Source: Sedimentisphaerales bacterium
GTDB lineage: Bacteria > Planctomycetota > Phycisphaerae > Sedimentisphaerales > SM23-30
Length of the DNA: 52,858 bases
Assembly (NCBI GenBank): GCA_963663965.2
Contig: CAXXFK010000003.1
Span: forward strand, 1-52,858
Direction of reading: 5' to 3'
In this document: in pieces, positions 18,632 to 29,219 of the stretch
Layout: each line of letters begins with the position of its first letter
Numbering within the stretch: the first letter of the stretch is position 1
The notes under the pieces: model-generated
The model's database searches: none
What the model was told of the DNA's origin: nothing
Seen by the model: only the letters and a program-made list of their open reading frames with translations
Program-made: the position numbers and the translations under genes

Positions 18632-18901
18632 ATGAGCGATATATCAAATCAAAAAAATCTTAAGCCCCTGAAGATGGATCAGTATTTATCTCCCACGGAC
18701 ATTGCCCAGGCCATGAATTTAGCCAGCAGCACAGTACGTGAACACCTTCATCGGGCCATGTGTCGCGGGTATGCTGTGATCCATACCGGTCGCATTATTC
18801 GCATCAAGAAGGAAGACTGGGAACGCTACATCACCGAAGACATGGGAAATACTTCATCAAATCGAAGTAAGCGAAGTAAACCATCCAGACATAAAAAATA
18901 A
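18632..18901 (+). CDS. Excisionase-like HTH (HTH_17) DNA-binding protein
   Basis: YLSPTDIAQAMNLASSTV..GRIIRIKKEDWERYI; start uncertain. Confidence 0.75.
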   Translation: MSDISNQKNLKPLKMDQYLSPTDIAQAMNLASSTVREHLHRAMCRGYAVIHTGRIIRIKKEDWERYITEDMGNTSSNRSKRSKPSRHKK

Positions 18902-19025
18902 TACTTCACACAGTTCAATGTTACAGATCGATGAAATCACGAATGTAGCTTTATTTTTCTCGACAGATGATTGTATCATGATTGTTAGGCTCAAAAAACT
19001 TTTAAGAGTAACCACTAGTTCCTGA

Positions 19026-21803
19026 TTATTCGAGCCTTATACTATCATTCAATCCAAGGTCTGCTAAAATTTGCTGAATATCAGTATGAAAATTCTGAGC
19101 CAAATTAACATCAATATTTACTTTTAATTCAATCTTAATTTCAAGATCAGAACCACTTCTAAGTTTGGGCAATATTTTTGTTCCTAGACGATTCCAGGTT
19201 TCTGGAGGTAAACTGCCATATAATCGAATGCTGCGAACTGAAGGTCCAGATGAAGGCTCCTGGTCAGATGTTTGCTCTGATATCGGCCAGGGTTCACCAA
19301 CGTCTACTCCAGGTTCAGACGGTTGAGAGGAGGTAGATTCAGGTGATGTTGCCGGTATCACAGGCGTTTGCATGGCTTTAGCTTTGGTTTTGAGGACCAA
19401 ATAAACACCTTGCTCAAATGTCACTTCTTCAACAGGTATTGGTTCCTGAAACCATAACCTGTCACAGGTACCATCAGATCGCAAATTTGAAGCCAAACCA
19501 AAATCACCATTTTCAATCCATTCAACTATCTTTGTTTTCAAGGTTGCTTCAGGGTCCAAAAGCCTGGTCAGCGATCCATTAAGAAAACTCTGCCTGAGAC
19601 TTGCCAGGGGCCACGCTCCCGATTCCTTTAATGCGGGTGGCCAATGGCGTTCAATATACCCGGCTCCCACTGAATTGTTAAGCAATTCCTGTGACTTCAA
19701 AGCAATCAGTACGCGTCCGGTCATGGAATCACTACTGCTGGAATGCCCTGCACCCAGGTCAATCGTTCTTAAACCACTGGTTTCTTTATTGTCTGATATC
19801 GCTGCAAACCGATATCCACCCCACACCTCATCTTTAGCGGCATTTTCAGCATCCACTACTTTAGCTTGAATGTCAGCGATATCCGAGCGATCGAAGTCGC
19901 CCCCCAGGGTTCCTTCGGCCAACTCACGGGCAACCCGTTTCCAGGCCAGCCACATTTCAACCTTATCGCGCAGATCGCGCCCAGGCCGCTTCAAGCACCA
20001 GACCAATGCCCCCGGATACAATCGTGGTGACTGTCCCCTCTGTTTTGTCCAGGCAGCGATTTGCTCCCTGAGGGCCTTGTTCCCGTTCCATTCCATTCCA
20101 GGATCGCAAATCACCATAATCAATTTAGGTGTGTCCTGCACGGCACTCCCATCGGCCGGAAAGGGCACAAGGGGGATCGTCGCGTTTCGTTCAAATTCTT
20201 TCTGTACCAAGTTACGCATAGCTGGCAATATCTCAGTCTCTTCATCAAGCGATGCGCGCCGATCACTAACCACCTTTTTCATAGTTGGCTGGTGACTGAT
20301 CTTATACCCATCTGAACCCACTCGCCGGATGAAGTATGATTTACTTTCCAGGGCCGAAGCAGCCGAATCGATTGAAGTAGTATCAATTTCCGGTTCACCC
20401 AAGGCAAATCGCAACTCGGGCAGATGGGCCACCTTATCAATCTGACCGCCCGATGACTCGAACATGACCGTCGTTGCCACGCGCTGGTGGATATTGCGCA
20501 ATACACCCTTGCTGTCAGCATCCAATGCACGCGCATGAGATTGTTTACCGGAAATGTCGGCATCGATAGCCGCCAACAGTCGCGTCTCACCCAATTGTCC
20601 CAGTACGATACTTCTAAAATCCGGCACATTTAAAGGGGCGGACCCTATCGTTATTAACGGTTCGTTGCGCGCCTCTTTATAACCATCCTGGTATGCCCAG
20701 GATATCCACTGTGCCAGCATAGCCAATGTACCACGGGTCTGTTGATATTGTGACAATGCTTGCCATTTCCGTTGAAATACTGACAATGTGGCCGGATGGA
20801 ACGGGTAGCAGCTTGCAAACCTCTGGCATAAGTACTCCCGCGCGCCACTCTCAGTCGTGGCAGAGTCCACCGCGGTCCATTCCGGCGGTAACTGAGCCCT
20901 TCGTTCAAAGCACCAATCAGCATAAGCCTTGGCCACATTATTACGGATACGCTCGCTGCCGATATCTTCAAATAACCGCCTGCGTACAACCTCACTGATT
21001 TCCGCTTCATCATTGGCAATCAGGTCCTTGGCCACCCGTTTCACCACTTTGGTTATTTTTTCTTGCCACTGCATATCCCATTCCGTCATCTCTACCTGGC
21101 TGCGCGGCAAACTGATCACCGCCGCGCCGTGAGTCGTGCCGGTCATGGCAACAGTCAGGTTCTGGATAAAGGCATGGAACTGATCGGCCATACCGCGATG
21201 ACGATTGATAAAATTCAACACCTCATCAAACAATATCAAGACGGGAGCATTGGCCGCCTTAAACACCCGATCCAGGGCCTGGGTGCCCGGTGGCGTACTT
21301 TGCGCCGTTGGGCCCAACTCCTGAATACCTTTTTCACCGGCAAGCTGCCAGGCTACATCCTGCCAGGGGGTTTCACGACCGGGTTGCGGGTCCCAGGCAT
21401 TACCCACAAATACAGCGATTCTCGCCTTGGGGATACTGTCAATTCCGGCGGCATTGGCCAATACGCCCACCCCATTAAATGCTTCGGCTTTGGGTCCGTG
21501 ATTTGTCAGATGATACAAGGTCGCCAGGGTATGAGTTTTACCACCACCAAACTGGGTAATCAGGGTCATAACCGGCGCGGTCTGAGTCGTCTTGCCAGAC
21601 AATCGTCTCAGAACCATACCGGTATGCTCGCTTAACGCACGGGTAAAACAGGTCCGGGCAAAAAACTGCTCTGGCTTGCTGTAATCTTCCGGTGCCGTTC
21701 CTGCGATAACCTGTTCCAGATGGATGGCAAATTCATCCGGATTAAAGGAACGGCCCTGGCGTACTTCTTTACGGGGTGTAGTAATTTTATACCATGCTTC
21801 CAT
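19026..21803 (-). CDS. DUF499 family AAA+ ATPase (BrxC/PglY-related)
   Basis: FFARTCFT, Walker A TQFGGGKTH, Walker B LILFDE, VRRRLF, YPFHP, QQTRGTL. Confidence 0.9.
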   Translation of the reverse strand: MEAWYKITTPRKEVRQGRSFNPDEFAIHLEQVIAGTAPEDYSKPEQFFARTCFTRALSEHTGMVLRRLSGKTTQTAPVMTLITQFGGGKTHTLATLYHLTNHGPKAEAFNGVGVLANAAGIDSIPKARIAVFVGNAWDPQPGRETPWQDVAWQLAGEKGIQELGPTAQSTPPGTQALDRVFKAANAPVLILFDEVLNFINRHRGMADQFHAFIQNLTVAMTGTTHGAAVISLPRSQVEMTEWDMQWQEKITKVVKRVAKDLIANDEAEISEVVRRRLFEDIGSERIRNNVAKAYADWCFERRAQLPPEWTAVDSATTESGAREYLCQRFASCYPFHPATLSVFQRKWQALSQYQQTRGTLAMLAQWISWAYQDGYKEARNEPLITIGSAPLNVPDFRSIVLGQLGETRLLAAIDADISGKQSHARALDADSKGVLRNIHQRVATTVMFESSGGQIDKVAHLPELRFALGEPEIDTTSIDSAASALESKSYFIRRVGSDGYKISHQPTMKKVVSDRRASLDEETEILPAMRNLVQKEFERNATIPLVPFPADGSAVQDTPKLIMVICDPGMEWNGNKALREQIAAWTKQRGQSPRLYPGALVWCLKRPGRDLRDKVEMWLAWKRVARELAEGTLGGDFDRSDIADIQAKVVDAENAAKDEVWGGYRFAAISDNKETSGLRTIDLGAGHSSSSDSMTGRVLIALKSQELLNNSVGAGYIERHWPPALKESGAWPLASLRQSFLNGSLTRLLDPEATLKTKIVEWIENGDFGLASNLRSDGTCDRLWFQEPIPVEEVTFEQGVYLVLKTKAKAMQTPVIPATSPESTSSQPSEPGVDVGEPWPISEQTSDQEPSSGPSVRSIRLYGSLPPETWNRLGTKILPKLRSGSDLEIKIELKVNIDVNLAQNFHTDIQQILADLGLNDSIRLE

Positions 21804-21814
21804 AGATGTCTTTC

Positions 21815-23617
21815 CTATTCACTTACGAAACCAAAATGAATGTTAATCTTTTTGATGATATCGATGATATCGTCCGGACACATATCATAGGACTTACTTA
21901 ATCGGCTATTTGTCAAGGTAATATTGTGTTTTTGCTGAGCCCACTCCCGAATCTTTTTCAGAACAGCTTTTCCCGGACAGCGGCTGAATCTCCATTGCTT
22001 ATCTTTCCATTGTTCTTCAAACCAGTCATTAACCCTTTGCTCTTTTGTTGAGGGATCAAGGTCGCTGCCTAAAGTCTCACGATATTGAGGCATTAGCTGA
22101 TAACGAAGAGTGTTCTTTATTGCTGGTTGTTCAAGTATCGATTCGATAGCCTCTGTAATTTGCTCTAAAGTAGGCAGGGGAATAGGCTCAAGTTCTCTTT
22201 GGGTTCTATCCTCGTTGGCTTTCAGGAATGCACGTTCAATAACATCAGGTTCGATTAAATAGTTTTCTATTTCTTTTCTTGCTAACGCATGTATATGAAC
22301 ATTGCATTCATCAGTGTTTTTGTCATCAGGATTCGTTAGCCCATAATCGTTATCTACGATACAAGCAATGGGCATATTTAAATTAAATACATTAGTCAAA
22401 AGTTGTTGAAAAGTTTTTAAATGTTGTGCATCACCCTTGCCGTTCGGCAATGAAGCAACAACAACAGAGTCAGAAATTAACGGATTATTACAACCACTTT
22501 TATTGATCAACTCACTCAATGTTCTTTTATCAAAAGCACCTTCCAAAAAAATGATATTCCTGGCATGTGGCAAGAATATGGCGTCATATTTTGAGATCGC
22601 GCCGAGATCGATTAAAACCTTGCTAAGTTCATTGCATGATTTGCTCTCTTGTTCTTTGCGATCAATCCAAACAATTGACTCAACCGGCACACTTGCCACA
22701 AAATCAGGGGCATGAGTTGCTACGATAATCTGACGACCATTTTCAATCGAATAATCATACAACATCTGAGCAATCGCATTTTGTAAAGATGGATGCAAAT
22801 GCGAATCTGGTTCGTCACATAAAACACAGTATGAATTAGAAAAATGAAGCAGCGATGCCAAATTCAAAATTGAACGCATTCCTCCTCCACTGGTGCTGAT
22901 ATCGAAATCGATTCCATTTTCCTCATATTCAATTAAAACTTTTGGATTGCTTTCATGCGTTAATCGAGGAGGTTTAATCTTAGCGTCTGGTAGATATCGT
23001 TGCACCATGTTAACTATGTCGACAAATGCTTCCTTGTTGCCATCATTGTAGAGCCAGTGTAGCTGAGAACGCCAACATTCTACCAAACGCCCCTCGTTCA
23101 ATTTATTTAACATCTGAGGATATGCCATAAATACTTCGCTAGGTGATACTACACCTGTAGGTGGCATATATACGGGTTTTAGATTAAATAGGTTTTCAAT
23201 TATATTTCGAGCATTAGGTGTGATCGGATTTGGGATGAGAGTGCCGCGCTCATCTATCGAAATTGAATAAGAATTTCGCCCTGATATGTTCAAATTTACA
23301 TTAATGCCCCCCGATAAACTCGCACTAATACTACATGGCTCAGCAGTTTTCTTATTAAGCCATATTGCATCCGGGTCACCATAGTTGATTCGTTGAAATA
23401 CTTGTGATGGATTCGCCGCCCATTGTGGGCTGCTAAAGTCTGGAGTTTCTTTATTGCCAAATGCGAATTTTATAATGTCATACAATATTTGAATAGCTTG
23501 TAGAACGCTTGTTTTTCCGCGACTATTCAAACCAACAAGACAGGTAAATTGCTGAAGATTAACCTTAAACTCTCTGAACCCCTTGAATGATTTAAGATTT
23601 AGTTGCTCAATAAACAT
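21815..23617 (-). CDS. ABC-type ATPase fused to TOPRIM-like domain (OLD / fused PARIS-like)
   Basis: GLNSRGKT, signature SGGG, DEPDSHLHP, ATH; C-terminal half IIFLEGAFD, CIVDND, KEIENY. Confidence 0.85.
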   Translation of the reverse strand: MFIEQLNLKSFKGFREFKVNLQQFTCLVGLNSRGKTSVLQAIQILYDIIKFAFGNKETPDFSSPQWAANPSQVFQRINYGDPDAIWLNKKTAEPCSISASLSGGINVNLNISGRNSYSISIDERGTLIPNPITPNARNIIENLFNLKPVYMPPTGVVSPSEVFMAYPQMLNKLNEGRLVECWRSQLHWLYNDGNKEAFVDIVNMVQRYLPDAKIKPPRLTHESNPKVLIEYEENGIDFDISTSGGGMRSILNLASLLHFSNSYCVLCDEPDSHLHPSLQNAIAQMLYDYSIENGRQIIVATHAPDFVASVPVESIVWIDRKEQESKSCNELSKVLIDLGAISKYDAIFLPHARNIIFLEGAFDKRTLSELINKSGCNNPLISDSVVVASLPNGKGDAQHLKTFQQLLTNVFNLNMPIACIVDNDYGLTNPDDKNTDECNVHIHALARKEIENYLIEPDVIERAFLKANEDRTQRELEPIPLPTLEQITEAIESILEQPAIKNTLRYQLMPQYRETLGSDLDPSTKEQRVNDWFEEQWKDKQWRFSRCPGKAVLKKIREWAQQKHNITLTNSRLSKSYDMCPDDIIDIIKKINIHFGFVSE

Positions 23618-23633
23618 ATTTCATAACCCCCTA

Positions 23634-26606
23634 TTATCTTGGCACCGCCAACAACATGGCGTCCAGTAGTCGTTTTTCTTCGCATTCTTTAGGATAAAGA
23701 GCCGATAACGCATTGGCCAGGCGCAGGAAGTCCGGGCCGCGTTGTTGTTCCGACTTGATCAGGTTACGCAGGGCGTTCGCCTGACCACCCGACTGAAGCA
23801 GCATGGCAGCATGAATCCGGTCCAGGGTTGTCGCTTCAGGCTTATGCTGAATACCGGATTCATCTATTTCGATAGTGGTCTGCTTACGACCGCGCTTGGC
23901 CTTTTTCTTGGGTTCCATTGCCATCTCCGGGAACAAAAACGGCTGAATGTTATGACTGGGATCTTCTTCTACCCAGTCGGCGACAGTACGAACACTGTCC
24001 TGGCCAAAAAGTTGTTGTGAACGTTCTTCAATCGGCAGCAGACGCACTACGCCTTTTTCTGTCTTGATGATCCGGTTTTCCCAGCGAGTCAGGTCGATTC
24101 CCAGCGGCTGCGCGAATCGTCGCACTACATCGTAAATCAACGAAAATCCCTTAGCCTTGCCACGCGCCGGGGCTTCATCGTCATCATCGCTATCGCCATC
24201 ATCACCGTTACTGGATTCGGCACTATCACCCGGCCCTCCGGTCGCCTGCATCGTCCATAAAAACAGAGCCGTCAATCGCGCGTCTTCCTCCAACGCTCCC
24301 GCCGCGCCATTACGCGCCCGGGCCTCGTCAGTGCCTAACACCTGCTCCAGCGCACTGCGGCCAACCACTTCCCAGACCTTCTCCAGATAAGCTCCCAGTT
24401 TCACTTCTTCACCTTCTGCGGTTTCAACTCGACTATACCGGCTGAATATCTCCAGGGCCGGTCCAATACAGGCAAATACCAGGTCGGCTCCCCGTACTCC
24501 TTCATCCTGTAATCGTTCCATCCAGTCGCCGACTTTTGTGGGTAGTTCGCTAAGAACTTCGCCCCATTCACCAACGCCAGCATCGTCAGAGCGTGGACGA
24601 CATACAAGGTGTACACTTGTAGCTAAAGAAGCCGTATCTCGTGCATTTAATCGAGTATGTAACTCTGTTGCAATAGGCCAAGAAGCCGATATGTGCCAAC
24701 CTCCGTCAACAATTCCAGTTAATAACGATTCCCATCCTTCAGTTGTCTTGTGAGCAAATACAATTGATCCACATCCTGACTTTGAAAGTGTTTTCTGGCC
24801 AACTAAGGCCGCATCAGATATTTTGGTTTCAAAAAAATTCTTGTCTTTCGTAGAAGAACTCAACCTGTGAGGACGATCAACAACACATTCTGCATCTTTT
24901 GGTGTTAATGCAGTGGAAAACATATGCGATATACTATTATGATTAAGAGATCGCTTTATCCACACATAAAAACAATCTGCTAGATGAGCATAAGGTATAG
25001 AATCGTAGTATGGTGGATCGGTAAACCATATTTGGGCAGACTCGTCAGGCAGATATTGCTTCGTAGCATCATGTTGAATACATTGTCCAACAGACAGTTT
25101 AGCCTTCATGCACTCTTGAATCACTTGGCAGTATTTATTTAACCAAATTGTAAATGAATTATCTTTTCCAATCCTTGGAGAAGATTCGGCAAAATCCCAA
25201 ACCATCCCAATGTCATGTCTGCCAAACATATCAACAATAGATTCGCCAGAAGATTTCCACCTACAATGTGAGCTTGATATTATTAAAAGCCGATCTAATG
25301 CAAGAGAGCATAATCTCGAACATGCCTCAGACATGTCAATGTTTTTTATGGCTTGAGTATATGAGTATAGCAAAAGATTTTGACGCATTGTATATAAATC
25401 CCCCCAAGTCGTTGCGCCATATAGTGGTACAGATATCCTTCTGATTTCATTCAGAGAAATCAACTCGTTTGGTATTGGGCATTCAGAATTGTTATTCTTG
25501 ATCTCCCAGCTTTTCAATATCTTTTCTAACTGCTGTTGCGCCTCATTAACTATTTTATAATCACAGGAAGTTGGAAGGCGATACTGCCGTCCCGCATTTT
25601 CATTATTAGTAGTTACTATTGCTAACAATATTGCACCACCACAAAGCTCTCCTCCATCATCAAACCTTGGATTAGCACCACCGCGTTGTGATTTAAGCTG
25701 AGAACGGACTCGGTCTGGCGTAAGCACAGCCTCACAATTTGGATTCATACATTTCGCTTTAGCATTTGCAATGGTATTAGGGGGTACTTCCTTATCAGAA
25801 TTTGGTACAAATATTTCAAATTGTGGATACCTATTTTTCATACCAATAAAACGAAGAGCTATTTTTTTCTTAGCTTTTTTACTTAACCAAAACGAACGGA
25901 CTAATGGTATATATGAACCACAATTTGGAGCTTCACACTTGACAGTTCTTGCCCATAGATAAGCGATTGGCATACTACCATCAGGGTCTAATGGATAGTA
26001 ATTGGCAAGCTCTATTTCAGCCTTTTCTTTAATCAAATTGCCAATAACTTGAAGTTCGTCAACTAAATCTTGCCCATAGCGAGGAATATCTTCTAACAAT
26101 ACTTTGAGCACTAAATTTGCAACAGGATTCAAATCACTAGCATACGATTCGCAGCCTAGTCTTGAAGCTTCTAATGGAATGGAACCTCCTCCCGCGAAAG
26201 GATCAACAACGAGCGGCGTTTCTGTCGGATGCGCAGCCTTAACCAGACCACGGCTAACCTCTAAATATTTTTGATCAGAAGCAAATTCCCAATTGGCATA
26301 ATAACCAATAAATTCCAGCAGTTTCTTTCGCAGGTCGATGTTTTCTTTGCCGATTTTACCTTGAATGCGGGGTAACAGTTCTCGCGCCTTACTTTTAAAT
26401 TCTCCCGGACAGTTTGGGTCACAAGGATCAGGCAGCAATAATGCCATCAACATGGCCCGGCAAGCCCCCAACGGTCGCCTAGCCCACCACTTGTGCAATG
26501 TATGAGGATGTCCCAGACGCCCTGTGTTCTCCCCCGCCGAATACTTGCTTACTAATGCAATCGGAAAATCCACTTCCGCTAATCGTTTGCATTCCTTTGG
26601 TATCAT
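23634..26606 (-). CDS. DUF1156-containing adenine DNA methyltransferase
   Basis: LHKWWARRPL, VVDPFAGGGSIPLEA, AYLWARTVKC, FTDPPYYD, VFAHKTTEGW. Confidence 0.93.
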   Translation of the reverse strand: MIPKECKRLAEVDFPIALVSKYSAGENTGRLGHPHTLHKWWARRPLGACRAMLMALLLPDPCDPNCPGEFKSKARELLPRIQGKIGKENIDLRKKLLEFIGYYANWEFASDQKYLEVSRGLVKAAHPTETPLVVDPFAGGGSIPLEASRLGCESYASDLNPVANLVLKVLLEDIPRYGQDLVDELQVIGNLIKEKAEIELANYYPLDPDGSMPIAYLWARTVKCEAPNCGSYIPLVRSFWLSKKAKKKIALRFIGMKNRYPQFEIFVPNSDKEVPPNTIANAKAKCMNPNCEAVLTPDRVRSQLKSQRGGANPRFDDGGELCGGAILLAIVTTNNENAGRQYRLPTSCDYKIVNEAQQQLEKILKSWEIKNNNSECPIPNELISLNEIRRISVPLYGATTWGDLYTMRQNLLLYSYTQAIKNIDMSEACSRLCSLALDRLLIISSSHCRWKSSGESIVDMFGRHDIGMVWDFAESSPRIGKDNSFTIWLNKYCQVIQECMKAKLSVGQCIQHDATKQYLPDESAQIWFTDPPYYDSIPYAHLADCFYVWIKRSLNHNSISHMFSTALTPKDAECVVDRPHRLSSSTKDKNFFETKISDAALVGQKTLSKSGCGSIVFAHKTTEGWESLLTGIVDGGWHISASWPIATELHTRLNARDTASLATSVHLVCRPRSDDAGVGEWGEVLSELPTKVGDWMERLQDEGVRGADLVFACIGPALEIFSRYSRVETAEGEEVKLGAYLEKVWEVVGRSALEQVLGTDEARARNGAAGALEEDARLTALFLWTMQATGGPGDSAESSNGDDGDSDDDDEAPARGKAKGFSLIYDVVRRFAQPLGIDLTRWENRIIKTEKGVVRLLPIEERSQQLFGQDSVRTVADWVEEDPSHNIQPFLFPEMAMEPKKKAKRGRKQTTIEIDESGIQHKPEATTLDRIHAAMLLQSGGQANALRNLIKSEQQRGPDFLRLANALSALYPKECEEKRLLDAMLLAVPR

Positions 26607-27863
26607 CTATACTCCATTATCATCGTTAGTGGGGACCGTGTCGAATTCATCGTGTAAAAATGAAACACCCGGCATAGCTTGGCGGGCAATTTCTAAAAAG
26701 TCACTGTCCACCAGTGATTCATAAGCGACATCTTTGAAAACAACTTTTACTTGCATATTTTTAATCAGTTCTTTCGCCGTTCCAAACGCGTCAGAGATAT
26801 CTTCTTCCAACCGCTGTTTGAGGTAGTTTTCAGGAACAACAGGTCCATGAATCTTTGTATAGGAATCTGGAGGATTCTGCTTGACCGATGGAAACAATGC
26901 TTCAGCTAACTTATTTTTACTGGTTTTTATTTGTTTCTGTAATCCTTCTTCAACACCCTGGGCATAAGCGGAAACCTCATTTTCTAATTCTTTCACTGCA
27001 TTCATAAAACGCTCTTTATTCGCGCGTAACAATACCATGCCATAGCCTTTAAGGTTTATCAAAAATGACTTTTCAATACTCTTTCTCTTTTTCAATAGCG
27101 ACCGTTCTGAAACAATTTTGTTATTATCAGTTTTAACTTCTATCTGGCCCTGCTGAACAAGATTAAAATGAGCATGAAACTGAGACGCGATATCCTCGTT
27201 ACGTGCCAGACCGACAAGGGAACTGGGTATGGGGACTCTTTTTCGCGATATATAACACCCAGTCATTTCCAGTTCCACAAATTGAAAACGAGTTGTGAAA
27301 ACACGAACACGCCTGGCAAGATCAAACTTGACTGGTGGTGCAGATTTCAAATCATTTGCAACTTCATCAATTTGGTCGGGTTTTATTGGATCAAGCCCAA
27401 TGACTCGTTCTATATTGGGCTTTTCTCCTAATCCGGTATCGCGCGTCACTTCAGGTGGCGGTGCATCTAACTGGATCGCATTGGGCCTATGAGGATTATT
27501 CGATCCGGCTTCTATCAATAACGGGGTTGGGCTGAATATCAATGTAGTATCATCACATATCATCAAACCGATTCGAACCCCAGGTTGATGGCAAACCATA
27601 GAATTGGCCTGCGAGGCGGCTTGACGAATTTTAAATAACCCTTCAACAGTACCAAAACCCAGGCGGCAGACTTCAGGATCGACATCCAGAATGACCGTTA
27701 ATGTATTCGGACCGAGTTGTTGCCATCTCTGCGTTAAAGCATCTGCAATTCGTTCAGATACGCCTGGCGCAAGATACAAAATACGACGTTCAGCACGGTT
27801 GATCAGATCAACTAGTTTTGCTTCATCAGCATTGGTTATACATGGATTATTAACTGGATTCAC
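26607..27863 (-). CDS. Hypothetical protein with degenerate phospholipase D-like N-terminal domain
   Basis: LINRAERRILYLAPG..VILD..RIGLMICDD..LIFSPT follows the PLD fold pattern but has no HxK; its stop codon abuts the methylase ATG. Confidence 0.7.
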   Translation of the reverse strand: MNPVNNPCITNADEAKLVDLINRAERRILYLAPGVSERIADALTQRWQQLGPNTLTVILDVDPEVCRLGFGTVEGLFKIRQAASQANSMVCHQPGVRIGLMICDDTTLIFSPTPLLIEAGSNNPHRPNAIQLDAPPPEVTRDTGLGEKPNIERVIGLDPIKPDQIDEVANDLKSAPPVKFDLARRVRVFTTRFQFVELEMTGCYISRKRVPIPSSLVGLARNEDIASQFHAHFNLVQQGQIEVKTDNNKIVSERSLLKKRKSIEKSFLINLKGYGMVLLRANKERFMNAVKELENEVSAYAQGVEEGLQKQIKTSKNKLAEALFPSVKQNPPDSYTKIHGPVVPENYLKQRLEEDISDAFGTAKELIKNMQVKVVFKDVAYESLVDSDFLEIARQAMPGVSFLHDEFDTVPTNDDNGV

Positions 27864-27897
27864 TTTTTACTCTACTGATTGGCTATGCTTTATTATC

Positions 27898-29199
27898 CTA
27901 TATGATAAATTGATGACTTTGATCAAAAAAAGGTATTTGATTATCTTCATAATCGAAACGACGATATATCTGTGAAATTAATTCCCAGGCAACAGTCCCG
28001 GGTAATGATTCACAGGCGACGGTAATGGGATGAACTCGAAGATGGTTTTCTACATATTGCGAAGTGGACGAATCATTTCGCATTTTTAAGATTTGATAAT
28101 GAACACTTTCGGGAGCATAGGGTATTAAACGCCTACCATTGATATTGTAGAGGTTTAATCCAAATTGAATATTGCCAGAATATTGACATATATTATATAG
28201 TGCTTGTGCTAAATGAATAAAATTCACAGCAGGTTCGATAAATGCTAAAGGAAATAAAGAATCCTGGCTTTTATTCCAGCAAAACCCTTCATCGTCGGCT
28301 GCCGTGCGAAATTCTAAATAACCATTCCAAAATAATCTTAAGTGACGGAAATCTAATCCTCTTGTCATGAGACCATTTTGTGTTTCAATGATAGGGGTCT
28401 GCGAGTCCAATGTCCATCCATTGCTACGTGTGGATGGTGGATTACTTAATAATTCTTTCAAGTTTTGGCATAAACGAAACAAATTCAATGGAAAAGCATC
28501 AATCGGTATTGCATATAATCGATAAAAAGGTCTTGAACCAATATCATTCACAAACAATTGATTCATAAAATTCATAAAAACATCGATCGTTTGAATGGAT
28601 AAAAGATTACTTTCATTGATGTCTAAACTCGATTCTCTGGTGGCTATGAGGGCCTGTTGATTTGACTCAATTGTTCTTCTTATTTTAATGAGCTCTTGTT
28701 CAACACGATCTCCGGCAAAACATTCACGAATCTCAGCAGTAGTCATGAGTTTATTGCCATCTTCATATCGCCGCCAGAAATAATGATGTTCCGCATCAGG
28801 TTTAGTGCAATGCGGCTTCCGATCTGACTCGGGTACCCGAACCACCAGGATATCACAGCCATCAATTTGAAAAGGCCTTATGTCAAGCTCTTGTATTCTT
28901 GGTTCAATTTTGGCTAAACATCTGTCGATCATTGATGTTCGTTCATTCTCCAAATCATTAATGTGAACAAATCGGTTTGCCCTCCGTTGATCATCTTCTT
29001 CTATCCCAATAATGATATAGCCGCCGTCCGCATTGGCAAAAGCTGATACATCCTTGATTAATTCCTTAGTTCCACCGTCAGTTCTAAAATATGGTGATTG
29101 CTTGTATTCAATATAACGGTCTTCTGCTACGCGATCAATTACCAGTTGTCTGATTTCATCTACGGTTATGTCTCTAGTTGGTTTGCCTTCAAATATCAC
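27898..29199 (-). CDS. Schlafen/AlbA_2 domain protein with unknown C-terminal domain
   Basis: EDRYIEYKQ..ELIKDVSAFANADGGYIIIGIEE; GTG start behind GAGGAGAGG. Confidence 0.88.
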   Translation of the reverse strand: MIFEGKPTRDITVDEIRQLVIDRVAEDRYIEYKQSPYFRTDGGTKELIKDVSAFANADGGYIIIGIEEDDQRRANRFVHINDLENERTSMIDRCLAKIEPRIQELDIRPFQIDGCDILVVRVPESDRKPHCTKPDAEHHYFWRRYEDGNKLMTTAEIRECFAGDRVEQELIKIRRTIESNQQALIATRESSLDINESNLLSIQTIDVFMNFMNQLFVNDIGSRPFYRLYAIPIDAFPLNLFRLCQNLKELLSNPPSTRSNGWTLDSQTPIIETQNGLMTRGLDFRHLRLFWNGYLEFRTAADDEGFCWNKSQDSLFPLAFIEPAVNFIHLAQALYNICQYSGNIQFGLNLYNINGRRLIPYAPESVHYQILKMRNDSSTSQYVENHLRVHPITVACESLPGTVAWELISQIYRRFDYEDNQIPFFDQSHQFII

Positions 29200-29219
29200 G
29201 ATAAAGACCTCTCCTCACC

